From the human T2T-CHM13v2.0 reference genome, Homo sapiens, in NCBI RefSeq assembly GCF_009914755.1, contig NC_060936.1: a stretch of DNA of 64,000 nt. One strand, written 5' to 3'. The position numbers and the translations under genes are program-made. Numbering within the stretch: position 1 is the stretch's first letter; each line of letters opens with the position of its first letter. This document shows positions 16,177 to 32,479 of this stretch, piece after piece. A model generated the notes under the pieces. The model was not told the DNA's origin. It was given only the letters and a program-made list of their open reading frames with translations, and ran no database searches.

Positions 16177-16222
16177 ACATTAAAATAAGACACATATTCA
16201 CATTAAAATAAGACACATATTC
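16177..16222. repeat. Perfect 23-bp tandem duplication
   Basis: acattaaaataagacacatattc x2. Confidence 0.95.
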
Positions 16223-17189
16223 ATTATAAAGAATAATAATTAAAAAAAAAACCAATGGTAATAAGATCTCAAGCAGCAATACTCATTGAGAACTGTTGAC
16301 TGATAACCATAGTTAGCACAGTGGCTATGGCCCAAATAGTTTCAAGTGGGTATGGCTGCTAGAGGACTATCTTGAACATGTTCAAGACCGGGTTTCCAAA
16401 CTAGAGAAATGTTCTAAGAGAAACACAGTTGCTGAAGTCCATAAAGAGACGTAGAAAGTACAAACTAGACATTCTGGTCATATTAAAAAGGGATATCATT
16501 TTTTTCTTCCTCATAAATATTTACAGAATATTTCTTAGTTTTATTTTGGTAAATGGACAAAGAAAATATTAACTTCAGGAAAGTTAGTCATGAAAATACA
16601 CTAGTGTCTCCATAACTTTATAAACAGAAAAAACACATGTAAAAAAATATTAAAAATGAAACCAAAGACATCACTGTTATCAAAATCTTTAAGCTTGCAA
16701 TCTAAAACAGTCTTCTATTTTTCTTAGTTATTATTTGCAATTTCTGACATCAAAACTGGTATTCCTCATTAGCATTTAAGGTATCTGCAAATAGAAACAG
16801 CTGATATTGTCTCTAAAATTTGCTCTGAGACATCTAAAGATTTATATTAGTATTGTATTATCAAATAATAACTAGTAAAATAAATCTGGAATTTTCTATC
16901 AAATGAAGTGAACTAGATAACAGCTCAGCTTGTTAACATGTTACTCGCATTATGCGTTTGCCTAGCACAATGAAAGAAATCGCAAACCATGTGTACATTT
17001 GAATTAATGGTTCATAATGAACACCATTTTCTTTGCAACTGCAGTAAAATTAAAAACACAACCAGTATCACTTCACAGATACAGAAGTTAAATGGAATCA
17101 CTCCCAAATGCAATGAAAATTAAGTATGATTAAGAAAGCTGGTATATGCACAGCAAAGTTTATACTACAAATTATTGAGAAATACCAAC

Positions 17190-17255
17190 CTTTGCATCTA
17201 AAATATTGAGAGTTGTTTCAATTTGTTGGATACGAAGTGAAAGGTCTGCCAGTTT
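17190..17255 (-). CDS. WASHC3: WASHC3 coding exon 3 (KLADLSLRIQQIETTLNILDAK, coiled coil)
   Basis: ttttacag| acceptor, AAG|gttggt donor, 66 nt, in frame with exon 2. Confidence 0.96.
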
Positions 17256-17426
17256 CTGTAAAAGAAAAATTAGAGACATAAAGACTTTAATTAAAATAAA
17301 CTGTTAACAATAACTAAGGGCAGATATGAAAATATTAAAAACCATTAAATATTTGTCATATTCTAATACAGTACTGTCTTATTTACATGAGTAGGAATGA
17401 GAACTCTTCTATTACGTGTATTATAA

Positions 17427-17727
<301 letters not shown>

Positions 17728-19429
17728 GCTTCTCAGTTATTTTATAAAATTATATTCACTTATAACAAAGTTGACATTTTCTGCAAACTCATTATCAGAG
17801 CAGTAAACAATTGTTGAGACCAGAATATAAACAAACCAGGACAGAGCCTTTTGTTTACTACTGTACCTTTAGTGCCCAGAATAGTACCCTGACACTTAAT
17901 AGGAGCTTAATAATTATTTGTTGATGAATGAAGAAATTTTTTCATAGAAAATAAAAGAATAAAAATTATTCAAAGACACGCTGCAACAAGGTCTGCCTTT
18001 ATAAATTACTTAAATGCATCAGCATATACAATTCGTCCCAGATTTAAACATCTGTAGTTTGAAAAATAAAGGGGAATGGAATTGGAAGATGAGTAATTCA
18101 TTTTGGAAAGAGAAGAGAAAAAACTAGAGTATTAAAATCTACTATCAAAATGCAAGATAAACCAGATAGAAGAGCTTATCATGCTTGTTACTCTGTATAA
18201 TTAAATTGTCAATGTACCTCTGTGTAAATATACACCTATACAAAGAAAGGTAGCATCATAAAATATGACCATTCAAGTAAAGAACATTTACTTGAAACCT
18301 CCTAATCTTAAACATTATATTCAGTCACATAATCCAAGAGCAGTTGCCCAGTTTACAAGCTGGCAGATACACAGCATCCTGATTGTATTCTGGGATATTA
18401 TTAAGATCCTGACTATTAAGTAGAACTTTACCATCCTGTGAAATGGTCACTTTGCCCACAATTAGAGGGGGCAAAAAACTGAAAGTGGCCACAAAGCAGA
18501 TAGTGCTTCTTTACAGATCACTTATTTTTAGTTTAGCATCTTGATATCGACAAAGACATAATCTACAAATAAAGTATTAGGATCTAGTTTTCATGGTATC
18601 AAAGCTAAGTTTACCCTTGACTTCTAGAATTCATTCACATAAGGCTTTTAGGTAAACACCAATACAGGTTTATAACATGTATTATGAATGAATCCCTCTC
18701 CAAATTATAAGTGTATTCCTTAAAATCATAGAAATTTAATTTTGGCAAATCTAATCAGTCTCAATTCACTAGAGAAAAAATTCCACAGCAAATTAATATG
18801 TAAAGTGAATGAGAATTTCCAACTTATTTAAAAATGGACATATTGGTTTGATTGAAGGAAACACAAAAGGAAACAAAAAAATGGAATTAAAAATTTTTCT
18901 GTTTTAATATACCTATATATTTACTTTTAAGCAATAATCATCAATACTGTAAATATCTGAGTATTTACCTTGCTACATATGGTACAGTGTATATGCAACA
19001 TATCAATTGAAATCTTACACCAAATCTATAAAGTAGGAACTATTATGCCAATTTTAAAGATGAGAAAATTGAGTCTCATACAAGTAAAATATCCTGAACT
19101 CAAACCCTCCAACTCCAGAGGCAATACACTTCACGAGATTTTTTTGAGATAATTTTACACTGTTAAAACATAATGGTAAATTCTTGGGTATTGCACAGAA
19201 TTTTTGTTATCCAAAGCTAACAAATGATCAATTCGTTTCTCACTAAGATGATTCTGTGCCAAGAGGAAAAGCCTTTTGCTCTTCTGATTCTGAGATGATC
19301 ATTTACAAAGTGGTTCTGAACTACAGTACATGAACTAGGATGAGAGAAAAAATTCTACCTTTATTTTTATCTACTTCTAGCTTAAATTCAGCATTGTTTA
19401 AAAACATAGTTAAAAAAAAAATCACCATA

Positions 19430-19729
<300 letters not shown>

Positions 19730-20231
19730 TCACAGTGGTTTTAGGATCTAAGACTGTCACCAATAGAAATCATAGTTTTTTTTTAAATCACATCACAATT
19801 GCTGCAGATTTCCTTATACTTCAAAATTAAGGTTATTAGACATATGAAAGGATTATATAATTTAATGCTTTAATAAAGAACCTACTAGTATGTCATAGTT
19901 TTAAATTTTTTTAAGTATATAACTGGTTTCTTTTGTAATCCTATGCATTTTATTCTATCCACCTGAAAACATTAATTTGGTTTCACTAGACTGTCAAAGG
20001 GTCCATGGCATGATTAAGAAAGAACTACTTTTCAAAGATAATTCAGTATAATAAATGGTTTTGTATGTTCCAGTGTAATTATTGGTATAACATACCTGAA
20101 TGTATACTTTTTAAAGAGCCATTGTCAGGTGAAAAGGTATACCTGGGTTCATTTATGGGCTGCTGAAGTTCATTTCTAAGATGTGTATGCTTGTGGCATT
20201 TTCCTTATACAATCCCCAGACCACTATAAAA

Positions 20232-20424
20232 CAAGTTTTTCAATGCTAGCTATATTGACATTTGTGGGTGAAATATTCTTTGCTGCAGGGGACTGTCCTG
20301 AGCACTACAAGATGGGTAGCAGAATCTCTGGTCTCTATCCACTAAATGCTAGTAGCACTCCCCAGTTATTACAATCAAAGACACCTCTAGACATAGCCAT
20401 ATGTCCCCTGGTTGAGAGCCACTG
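20232..20424 (-). mobile_element. MER20-like hAT MITE
   Basis: ggggactgtcctgagcac...atgtcccctggttgagagccactg matches reverse MER20. Confidence 0.75.
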
Positions 20425-21170
20425 CTCTAAATTATGGATGACTGTGGATATAACATAAGTAACATAATCGGTGACAGTAGCTGTTCTCACCTCTGAAAGT
20501 TTTAGCAAGAGGAAATGGAAAGGTAACAGTCTTTCCCATCCATTTAACCATCGTCTTCATGAAGACTGAAAACAAACTTGAAATGCTATGGTTTGGGATA
20601 ACAGGGGAATTTACAAAGTCCCTGATATTTGTCAGATAAGCTGAAAGCTTGATTTACTACCCATGTATTTCCAAGGCAGTACATTTTATAAAGTTAAAAA
20701 AAAAAGGACAAAAGAAAGAAGGAAATATGGAGTTACTAGTTGAATATGGAAACAAAATAAAATGCTGGTTTTTCATGGTTGTAAAATATCTTGTTTATAT
20801 ATCCATTTCTCTAAAAGAGAAACAGTATTTTAAGATAATGGATCTCTTGGTATACCCCACTGTGTTGCGTGTGCCCCAGAAGCCAGAAAAGGAAGCAATG
20901 AATGGTTTTATTAGGTTGTGTCTGATACTTAAGCCCAGCAGTGGTTAAAGATATAAGAGCAAATAAGGATTTAAGCAAAATATTATCTGATTAAAGGTTA
21001 AGTCCAATGGCAGGCTAAAAAAATGAATGTAGAAGATAAGCACTAAAGAAACTTTCAGGTTATGTGACAATTCTCAGCACTTTTGCTTGTACCTAAAGAT
21101 TTTAGAAAAAAGAAAAATTTCAGAATTTAAAAAAATTATTTAAAAATCCAGTATCTTAGGCATGTAATAA

Positions 21171-21449
21171 GTCTGAGTTTGGCTGAGGGTGCTTGTAATC
21201 CTAGTACTTTGGGAGGCCGAAGCAGGCAGATGAGCTCAGGAGTTCAAGACCAGCTTGGGCAACATAGGGAAACCCTGTCTCTACAAAAAATACAAAAAAT
21301 TAGCCAGGTGTGGTGGCACGCACCTGTAGTTCCAGCTACTTGGGGCGCTGAGGCAGGAGGTCTAGGCTGCAGTGAGCTAAGTTCACTCCACTACACTCCA
21401 GCATGGGTGACAAAGTGAGACCCTGTCTGACAAAAAAACAACAAAAAAA
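21171..21449 (+). mobile_element. Alu (AluJ-like, diverged)
   Basis: Alu consensus blocks with A-tail. Confidence 0.88.
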
Positions 21450-21471
21450 GTTTGAATTAAAATAACATTCT

Positions 21472-21586
21472 GGCCAGGTACAGTGGCTCACGCCTATAAT
21501 TCCAGCACTTGGGAGGCCGAGGCCGAGGGATCACTTAAGCCCAAGAGTTGGAGACCAGCCTAGATAATGTAGTAAGATGCCATCTC

Positions 21587-21627
<41 letters not shown>

Positions 21628-21828
21628 TAGCCGGGTGTGGTGACACATGCCTATAGTCCAAGCTTCTAGGGAGGCTGAGGTGGGAGGATCACTTGAGCCC
21701 AGGAAGTTGAGGTTGCCCTGAGCTGTGATCACGCCACTGCACTCCAGCCTCGGTGATACAGCAAGACCCCGTCTCGGGGGGAAAAGAAAAGAAAAAAAAA
21801 TTATTAAACAAACAAACAAAAAACCAAA
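21472..21828 (+). mobile_element. Alu (AluJ-like) with (CA)n in the central linker
   Basis: (AC)n at 21589-21624 replaces the A-rich linker. Confidence 0.9.
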
Positions 21829-24800
21829 GTAACACATTTGGCACTCCTGTTTATAAAGTACCTTTGACTTTAAAATTCACTATAAGGTTAAATGCTCAGG
21901 TTTCACCTGCAATATGCATAGAGCTTATGTTGCTTCCTGCCAACCCCTCAAAATTTGCAGTCCCAATGGATGACCATAAGATTTTGCTGACTAAAGCAAG
22001 AATAAAAATGCTCACTGGGGATTTGTGATGGAAGAGGAGATGACCCTAAGTACCTCTGTAATGTGGGTCTGATTCTACTACTTTCTCTGTCATCTAATCT
22101 CTCTTCTACTCTGGTGCCAATCACTGGAAGAGTTACAAAAGTAGCCTAATATGCAGAAAGTTTTTGCAAAGTTGAGTTCTTCACAGAATGCAGTTTTATA
22201 CTCTTCTCTTTAATGAAGAACTCTAGAAACAGTGCCACTGATGAAGAAAGAACCCTAGCAATTTGTTTCAAACTTAATTCTGGCTTGAGGGTTTATCTGT
22301 GACTGAAGTTGTTTAAGGTTGGGTTTGGTTCAAACCAGATCCTGTCGGGGGGTGGGAAAAGTTTTCTTTTTCCTCCCAGTTCACTCTCAGTTCAAAAACT
22401 AACAGTTGAGGTTCCTCTTTTGTTGAGAGAAACAGTCAGTTGGTTCTTGTTTGAGGCTTTAAATAAATAAGGACTAGAGGCCTATTAGGCACTATTAACA
22501 AAAACATTTCAAAACACCAAAGTGACTTTACCTTGGGAGAAAATGGCACCTTACATTTGAATACATGTATCTTTGGAATTGACATAAAAATATATTACAT
22601 CAAACAGACATAGCATAGCAAAGAAGTGAATGAGTCTAAAAATAGATTTTAATATAGCTATAAGAAGGTACTTGTACTGCACTCTCTCACTTGAAGTTGA
22701 CATAAGCATGCTTCTTAATCAGATAAAGCAGTGCAATGTAAGAAAGCAATGAGATATTGACTTTTCCAGTTAAAAAATCAGTGGGAATCCAGTTCTGCTA
22801 CTTTCTATCTGTGTATGTGCAGCTAATGCAGCTACAACTACTGGGGGCATGCAAAGATATGTTGAATGAATGAATGACTAAGCAAATGATTTAAACTTCT
22901 CTACATCTTAGTTTCTGTATCTGTATGAGTGGGATAACTAAACCTCTCTCAAAGGACTGACTGCGATAATTAAATACACATAAAGCACTTAGTATGATGC
23001 CCAGCACAGAGGAAGTACACAATAAATATTAGTTGTTATCTCATTGAGCAGTCTCCAGCTGACATGAATATCCAAATTGCTAAAATATATATTGTAGACA
23101 ATCAGTTACAGTCAACCCTAGATTATCATACATAAAGGAGAAAAAGGTGGGACAACAGCAAGATGGGGGAATAGGACTTTCCAGCACTGATCCTCCCACA
23201 GAAACATCCATTTGAAAAACTATTCACGCACGAAAATACATTCTCAAGAGCTAAGGAGACCAGGTGAGAAATTACAGCACTGGGTTTAGCACAAAAGTAA
23301 GAAAAAACACACTGAAGAGGGTAAGAAGGACAGTTTTACAGAACTCATGTCACCCTTCCCCCAACTCCAGGCAGCACAGCATGGAGAGAGATACCCTCCA
23401 GGTGGGCGAAGGAGAGGCAGTGAGCACAGGACTTTGCCTTGGACCACAACACCAGGCCCACCCCAGCAGAACTCAGTGCTGAGCAAGCCCCCTCAGCCCA
23501 GACTCCAGGCTGACACCTGCAGGCGAAGCCTTTAGGCCCATCCTGGCACTAGGCTGGATCACCCAGTCCTGAGTTCTAGGCTTGTCCCACTGGGACCGTA
23601 GGTTCCAGACCAGCTCAAGGCTCAGGACAGTCCCAGCACCAGGCAAGACTGCATAGATTGTCTCCAGGTCTGCTCTAGGGACAGGCCAGCCCCAGTGGCC
23701 CTAGGTTCTGGACCAATCCCAGCACAGGGCTAGCCTCCATGGGCCCAAGGTTCAGGCCCACCCCAGCACCAGGTCAGCTCCTGCAGATATAGGTTCCAGG
23801 CCTGACCAGTGCCAAGTCAGCTCCTGTGGCCCCAGTCTGGCTCCTGCAGCCCATACCCTAGTGGAAGTAGGGTTTAGGCCCATCCCAGTAGGCCCTTCTG
23901 TTGGGCTGACACCCATAAACACAGGCTCCAGGACCATCCCTGTGGACTCAAGTTCCAGGCTAGCCACTATTGCCGTAGGACCCAGGCCAGCCCCATGTAG
24001 CCCAAGTTACCAGGCCAGCACCTATAATCTCAGGCTCCAGTCTGGCCCCTGTGACCCCAGGCTGCACACTTGCCCCAGCACCAAGCTGGCCCCAGACAAA
24101 TCCCTGTGGTGAGTCAGGGTCTAGGTATGTTCCAGCAGACCCAGAGTCTGGGACCACCCCAGTAGATTGCATTGCCAGATTGGCCCCCATGGACGGAGGC
24201 TGCAGGACCACTCCTGCAGACTCAGGCTCCAGGCTAGTCACAGTACAACCAGGACCCAGGCCCACCCCCACATACTCTGGCTCCAGGTCCACCCCAGGGG
24301 TTCCAAGCACCAGGCCCACCTTGGAACCTGGCCAGACACTGCAGACTCAGGCTCAAGGCTCACCCCAGTGCCAGACCAACCCCTGCAGACTTAGGCTTCA
24401 AGTTGGAACCCTAAGGATCCAGGCCCACCCCTATAGAGCTAATCAGCAGGTCCACCCCAGTGGATCAGGCTCCAGGAACAACCCTACGAACCTAGGCACC
24501 AGGCCAGCCTACCCAAGGACTCCAGCAGCAAGCCTGCCATGCACCACAACAGATGGCCTGTCTAGAACCTCTGGATGAGCTTACTGGTGAAGGGCTTTCC
24601 CAGACAAAGCCAGTCTGCAAAGACTGGAGTAAGTCCTTACTTCTTCAAACACACACATACCAACACATGGCCACAAAGACCAAGAATAATCAGAGAAACA
24701 CGTCACTACTAAAGAAACAAATCACCAGTAACTGACCCTTCTTCACAACGAATCCAAAATTATTGTTTTAGGGAAACTCAGTGGACTTCAGGAAAATTCA

Positions 24801-25528
24801 GAGAAACAATTCAATGAAATCAAGAAAATAATAAATGACCAAAATGAGAAATGTAACAGAAAGATTGGAATTATTATTTAAAAAATCAAACAGAAATTTT
24901 AGAGCTGAAAAAAAAATGTATACAGTCAAATTCAGAATATTCTAATACTGTCATGGTGATTAAATCACTTATATCTTTAGTATGAAAGTTAACAGACAAA
25001 ACTATTAAAAATAATAATAGCTACAATAACTTGTTAAGGGATATGCAGTATAAAAAGATATACGTTGCAAAATCAAAAGCAAAATGTGGAGAGGTGGAGT
25101 AAAAGTGCAGAGGTTTTTTATGTTATCAATTATGTTATTATCAGTTTAAAATAGCCTGTTATAACATGTTTTATGTCAGCCTCATGGGAACAACAAAGCA
25201 AAAACCTAATAGTAAATACACAAAAGATGAAAAGTAAGGAATCAAAGTATATCACTAGAGACAATCATCTAATCACAAAAGACAGCAAGAGTGGAAGAAA
25301 GGAACAAAAGATCTATAAAGCAACTAGAAAACAATGAACAAAATCGCAGCAGTAAGTCCTTATCTATCAATAATTACCCTGAATGTAAATGGACTAAATT
25401 CTCTGATCAAAAGACACAGATTGACTGAATAGATACAAAAATAAGACCCAACTACCTGCTGTGTACAAGAGACTCACTTCACCTTTAAAAAATGGACACA
25501 CATAGATTGAAGTGAAAGAATGGAAAAG

Positions 25529-25652
25529 AGCTCAGCACAGTGGCTCACATTTGTAATCCCAGCACTTTGGGATGCCAAGGCGGGAGGATCCCCTGAACTC
25601 AGGAGTTTGAGACTAGCCTGGGCAACATGGTGAGACGCCGTCTCTACAAACA
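25529..25652 (+). mobile_element. Alu left monomer inside the L1
   Basis: Left arm ends at tctctacaaa, then L1 sequence resumes. Confidence 0.85.
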
Positions 25653-26372
25653 CCATGGACATATCATCCAGGCAGAAAATCAATAATGAAACACTGGCCC
25701 TAACAGACATATGTAGAAAATTCAATAAAACAGCAACAGAATACACATTCTTCTCAAGGGCACACAAAACATTCTCCAGGTTATATGATATGCCACAAAA
25801 CAAATTTTAATACATTTAAGGAGACTGAAATCGTATCAAGTATCTTTTCTGACCATATTGGTTTGAAACCAGAAATCAATAATAGAAGGAATCTTGAAAA
25901 AAATCATAAATAACTGGAAATTAAATAACATGCTCCTAAACAACCAATAGGTCAAGTAAATTAAAAACGAAATTAAAAGTATTTTGAGACAAATGAAAAT
26001 GGACATACAACACATCAATACTTATGGGAGGTGGCAAAAGCAGTTTTAAGAGGAAAGGAAGCTTCGGCAGTAAAGACCTATAACAAAAAAGATGAAAGAT
26101 CCAAAGTGTAACATCCTAGTGTTACAACTGAAGGAATAGAAGAACAAATAAAACCCAAAGTTAGTAGAAGGAAAAAAATAATAATGATCGGAACAGAAAA
26201 AAATGAAAGAGACTAGAAAAACAATAGAAAAGATCAATGAAACTAAGAGCTGGATTTTTGAAAAGAAAAACAAAATCCACAAACTTTTAGCTAGATTAAG
26301 AAAAGGAGAAGATTCAAATAATATCAGAAACGAAAGAGATGTTACAACTGATACCACAGAAATACAAAGAAT

Positions 26373-27738
<1,366 letters not shown>

Positions 27739-30700
27739 AGAAATATGAAGGCTCATAAGAGATTGCTATGACCAATTATATGCCAACAGATTGGATAACC
27801 TAGAATGGATAAGTTCCTAGACACATACAACCTATCAAGACTAAATCATAAAGAAATAGGTAATCTGAACAGACCAATAATAAGTAGAGAGATCAAATCA
27901 GTAGTTAAGTCTCCCACTAAACAAAACCCCCAGGACTTGATGCCTTCACTACTGAATTCTACCAAACATTTAAAGAAGAACTAATACAAATCCTTCTCAA
28001 ACTCTTCCAAAATACTGAAGAGGAGGGGAAACTTTCGAACTCAATTTAGGAGGCCAGCATTATCCTGATTCCAAAGCCAGACAAATCCACTACAAGAAAA
28101 GAAAATCAAAGGTCAATATCCCCAGTGAACATAGAAGCAAAAATCCTCTACAAAATACTGGCAAGCTGAATACAACAGCGCATTAAAAAGGTCATTCACC
28201 AGGATCAAGTCAGATTTATCCCTGGGATACAAGGATGGTTCAACATATGCAAATCAGTAAAGGTGATACATCACATTAACAGAATGAAAGACAAAAACCG
28301 TATGATCATCTCAATAGATGGAACAAAGGCATTTGACAAAATTCAACATCCTTTGATGATAAAAACTCTCAACAAATTAGGTATAGAAAGAATCTAGCTC
28401 AACACAATGAAGGCCATTTATGACAAGCCCACAGCTAGCATCATACGCAATGGTGAAAACTGAAAGTTTTTCCTCTAAGATGAGGGACAAGACAAGGATA
28501 TTCACTCTTACCCCTTCTATTCAACATAGTACTAGAAGTCCTAGCTATAGTAATTAGACAAGAGGGAAAAATAAAAGGCATTGAAATTGGAAAAAAGGAA
28601 ATGAAATTGTTTCTGTTCGCAGATGGCATGCTCTTATATATTGAAAATCTTATAAAAAATTCCACCAAAAAATTGTTAGAACTAACAAACTACTTTGGTA
28701 AAGCTGCAGGATATAAAATCAACATACAAAAATCAGTAGCATTTCTATACACTAAAAGTAAACTATCTGAAAAAAAAGAAAAAAAATCTCATTTACAATA
28801 GCTACAAAAAAAATACATAGGGGTAAATTTAACCAGTGAGGTGAAAGATCTGTACACTGAAAACTATAACACATTGATGAAAAAAATTGAAGAAGACACA
28901 AATAAATGGAAAGATAACGTGTGTTCATGGATTGGAAACATGAATGTTGTTACAAGGTTGACACCACTCAAAGCAATCTACAGACTCAATGCAATCCCTA
29001 TCAATTTTCCAATAATATTTTCACAGTAATAGAAAAAAAAATCCTAAAATTCATACTGAACCACAAAAGACCCTGAACAGGCAATGCAATATTAAGCCAA
29101 AAAAACAAAGCCAGAGAGATCACACTCTCTGATTTGAAAATCTACCACAAAGCTACAGTAATCAAAACAGCCATAGACCAAGGAAACAGAATAAAGAGCC
29201 CAGAAATAAATCCATGCATTTAAAGTCAATTGATTTTTGAGAAAGATGTTAAGAACACAGAAAAGACAGTTACAGAAACATACTTTTCACAGATGTTAAG
29301 AATAACAGTCTCAATAAATCATTTTGGGACAACTGGATATCCACATGCAGAATGAAATTAGACCCTCATCCTTTACCATATAAAAAAATTTAACACGAAA
29401 AGGATTCAAGATTTAAATGTAAGACCTGAAACTGTAAAACTACTAGAAGAAAACATAAGGGGAAAGTTGCACGACATTGGTCTGGGCAATGACTTTTTTT
29501 GGATATAAACCCCAAAGCACTGGTAACAAAACCAAAAATAAATAAATGGGATTACATCACACTAAGAAGTTTGTAGAATCTGGATTTTAAATTATTTTTT
29601 AAAAATTATTTTAAAAGACTACGAAGCTTTTGCACAGCCAACGAAACCATCAATAGAGTGAAGAGAACCTATGGAATGGGAGACTATATTTGGAAACCAT
29701 ATATGTGATGAAGGGAACCTCTGTACACTGTTGGTGGGAATGTAAATTAGTACAGCTATTATAGAAAATAGTACAGAGGTTCCACAAAAAATTAAAAATA
29801 GAACTACTATATGATCCAGCAATCCCACTTCTGGGTATATATCCAAAGGATGTAAAATTAGTACATTCAAGAGACATCTGTACTTGAAAGTTCACTGCAA
29901 CATTATTCACAATAGCCAAGATACGGAATCAAAAGTGTCCATCAATGGATGAATGGATTAAAAAAAGTGGTATATATACACAATGGAATACTATTTAGCC
30001 TTAAAAAAGAATGAAATCCTGTCATTTGTGACAACATAAATGAACTGGAAGACATTGTGTTAAATGAAATAAGCCAGTCAAACAGAGACAGATACTGAAT
30101 GATCTCACTTATATATGGAGGATAAAAAAGTACAACTCATAGAAATATTGAGTAGAATGGTGGTTAGCAGGGGCTTGGGGTTAAGAGGATTGGGGAGATG
30201 CGGTTAAAGGATACAAAATTTCAGTTAGGCAGGAGGAATAAGTTCAAGAGATCTCCTACATGTCATGGTGACTGCTGTTAATAACAATATATTGTATTGA
30301 AAATTGCTAAGAGAGGCGATTTTAAGTGTGCTCACCACAAAAAAAAGTAAGTACGTGAGGCATTGCTTATGTTAAATAGCTTGGTTTGGCCATTCCACAA
30401 TGTATTCATATATCAAAACATCATGTTGTACATCATAAAAATACAATTTTTACCTGTCAATTTAAATAAAGAAATAAGATTTTTGAAAAAGGACAAAAGG
30501 CAATAGACTACCTTTAAACTTCATGAGGTTTTGATGAACAAACTTTTCTCTAGAGTTCAAAGAAGTACTAGAATACAGATACAGCCAGAACAGCTGCAGA
30601 GAAGTTGAGACAGGAACAGGAGGAGGTTAAAGAGTGACTCATGAGGCTTTGATCATAATCTATCAATAAATGAGATGACTATTGTTTTCTTTGATCTAGT

Positions 30701-31436
30701 TGTCAGTAAACAGCTCTCATTCAAGAACCATTAGGCACTACAAAGGTGAAGGGCTATCCCTGTTTCAGGACAGCTCAAACAAGTTGCTTTCATAGGTGTG
30801 TTTACTTGTTGCTTTGTTCTTTATTTTTCAGCTTGATGATAAGGGCTATGGGGATAAGAGTATTTGCTTCTTTCTGCTAGTAATCCTGGGACAGTCCCTT
30901 TCCAGATACTTCTCCATCTTGCCCTGGTATAAAAATCGAAGGGTGAAAACCTTGGCTTACTGGTTTTTATTCAGTCAATTTTATATCCTAAATTATTTAG
31001 AGAGATAGTAGGAACGAAATAAAACTGACTGGAAGCAAGCACCTAGTTTCTGGCCATTAACATATAAAACTAAATTGAATTAAGCCCCTTACTCTACCAA
31101 TTACTATATTTTACTTTGTCTTAGAAGGCAGAAGAAATGTTGATAATTAGACAAAACAATAACTGGAATTTCATACAAGTAAAAAATAGTTTTCCCATCT
31201 CCATGCAATTTTTATTAATAGTAGTAACACACTTAACAAAAACTCTAATTGCTAAGGCTATACCTTACATAAGACAGAATGTTCAACAGACTTACTTGTG
31301 AATATCTAAGTCCCATAATTTACTTTGCTCTTTCCTTAAATGCAATTTCAACCCATGGTTCCCATTGTCTTCCCCATCCTCTTTTGGCTTTTTAAAAGAC
31401 AGGGATTCCCTGGATCCTGGATCTAGTACCTAATCC

Positions 31437-31575
31437 TCTTTTTTAAAACAAAAACAAAAACAAAACACTGAGTTTCTCTGTTGTCCAGTCTTGTCTCAAA
31501 TTCCCGGGCGCAAGTGATCCTCCTGCCTCTGCCTCCCGAGTAGCTGGGATTACAGGTGCGCACTGCTGTGCCAGT
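31437..31575 (-). mobile_element. Alu monomer (FLAM/FRAM-like) with TSD
   Basis: TSD tctagtacctaatcc (31422-31436) / tctggtacctaatcc (31576-31590). Confidence 0.8.
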
Positions 31576-31790
31576 TCTGGTACCTAATCCCTAGTTGGGT
31601 ACTTAATCCTTACATCACAAGTCATTTGCAGAAAATATTTTCATTTCTATAATCATATTTGATGCCAAAGTTATGTTTCTAGGCTATCTCCTCTAGCCAT
31701 CTTTTAGATCCAGAATGTAAAATAAATTTAAACAATGTGGTTTTGGGGTACGGGAACGAATGACAAATTGCAAAATAAAAACTGTTTTCA

Positions 31791-32185
<395 letters not shown>

Positions 32186-32380
32186 CTAACTCAGTAGAGG
32201 AGGGGTGCAGGATTGATTTTAACAGAGTAAAAGAGAACCTAAGATGTGTTAACACAATTGGGTGATGAGAGGTCACGGTACATGAATAAAGACTGTAATT
32301 CTTGTTTTACTCCATTTGTCAGTCTCAGCAGTGAAAGGTGATTTCCAGGCGACTCTATAAACCAGTATCACCGGACCTAC

Positions 32381-32479
32381 CTCCTCACAAACTGTAGAAA
32401 AGCGGTTGAGGAACTGTACAGTGTGCACCACAAATTGGTTTAGAAAAGCCACCGTTCTTTTCTGTTGAATAGCTGGCAC
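32381..32479 (-). CDS. WASHC3: WASHC3 coding exon 2 (VPAIQQKRTVAFLNQFVVHTVQFLNRFSTVCEE)
   Basis: acacag| acceptor, GAG|gtaggt donor, 99 nt, phase 0/0; peptide visible in ORF 32273..32533. Confidence 0.97.

Noticed and set aside
20096-20175. Possible cryptic 80-nt WASHC3 exon (ttag| ... CAG|gtatgt)
   Set aside because: Poor polypyrimidine tract; such site pairs are common by chance
23752-24735. ORFs up to 175 aa, Pro/Gly/Thr-rich
   Set aside because: Stop-poor GC-rich L1 5'-UTR repeats; no splice structure or protein similarity recognised
28441-29919. Reverse-transcriptase-like peptides
   Set aside because: Frameshifted, stop-ridden remnants of dead L1 ORF2; not an active or domesticated RT
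31290-31300. Consensus donor AA|gtaagt on the minus strand
   Set aside because: No convincing matching acceptor or exon identified
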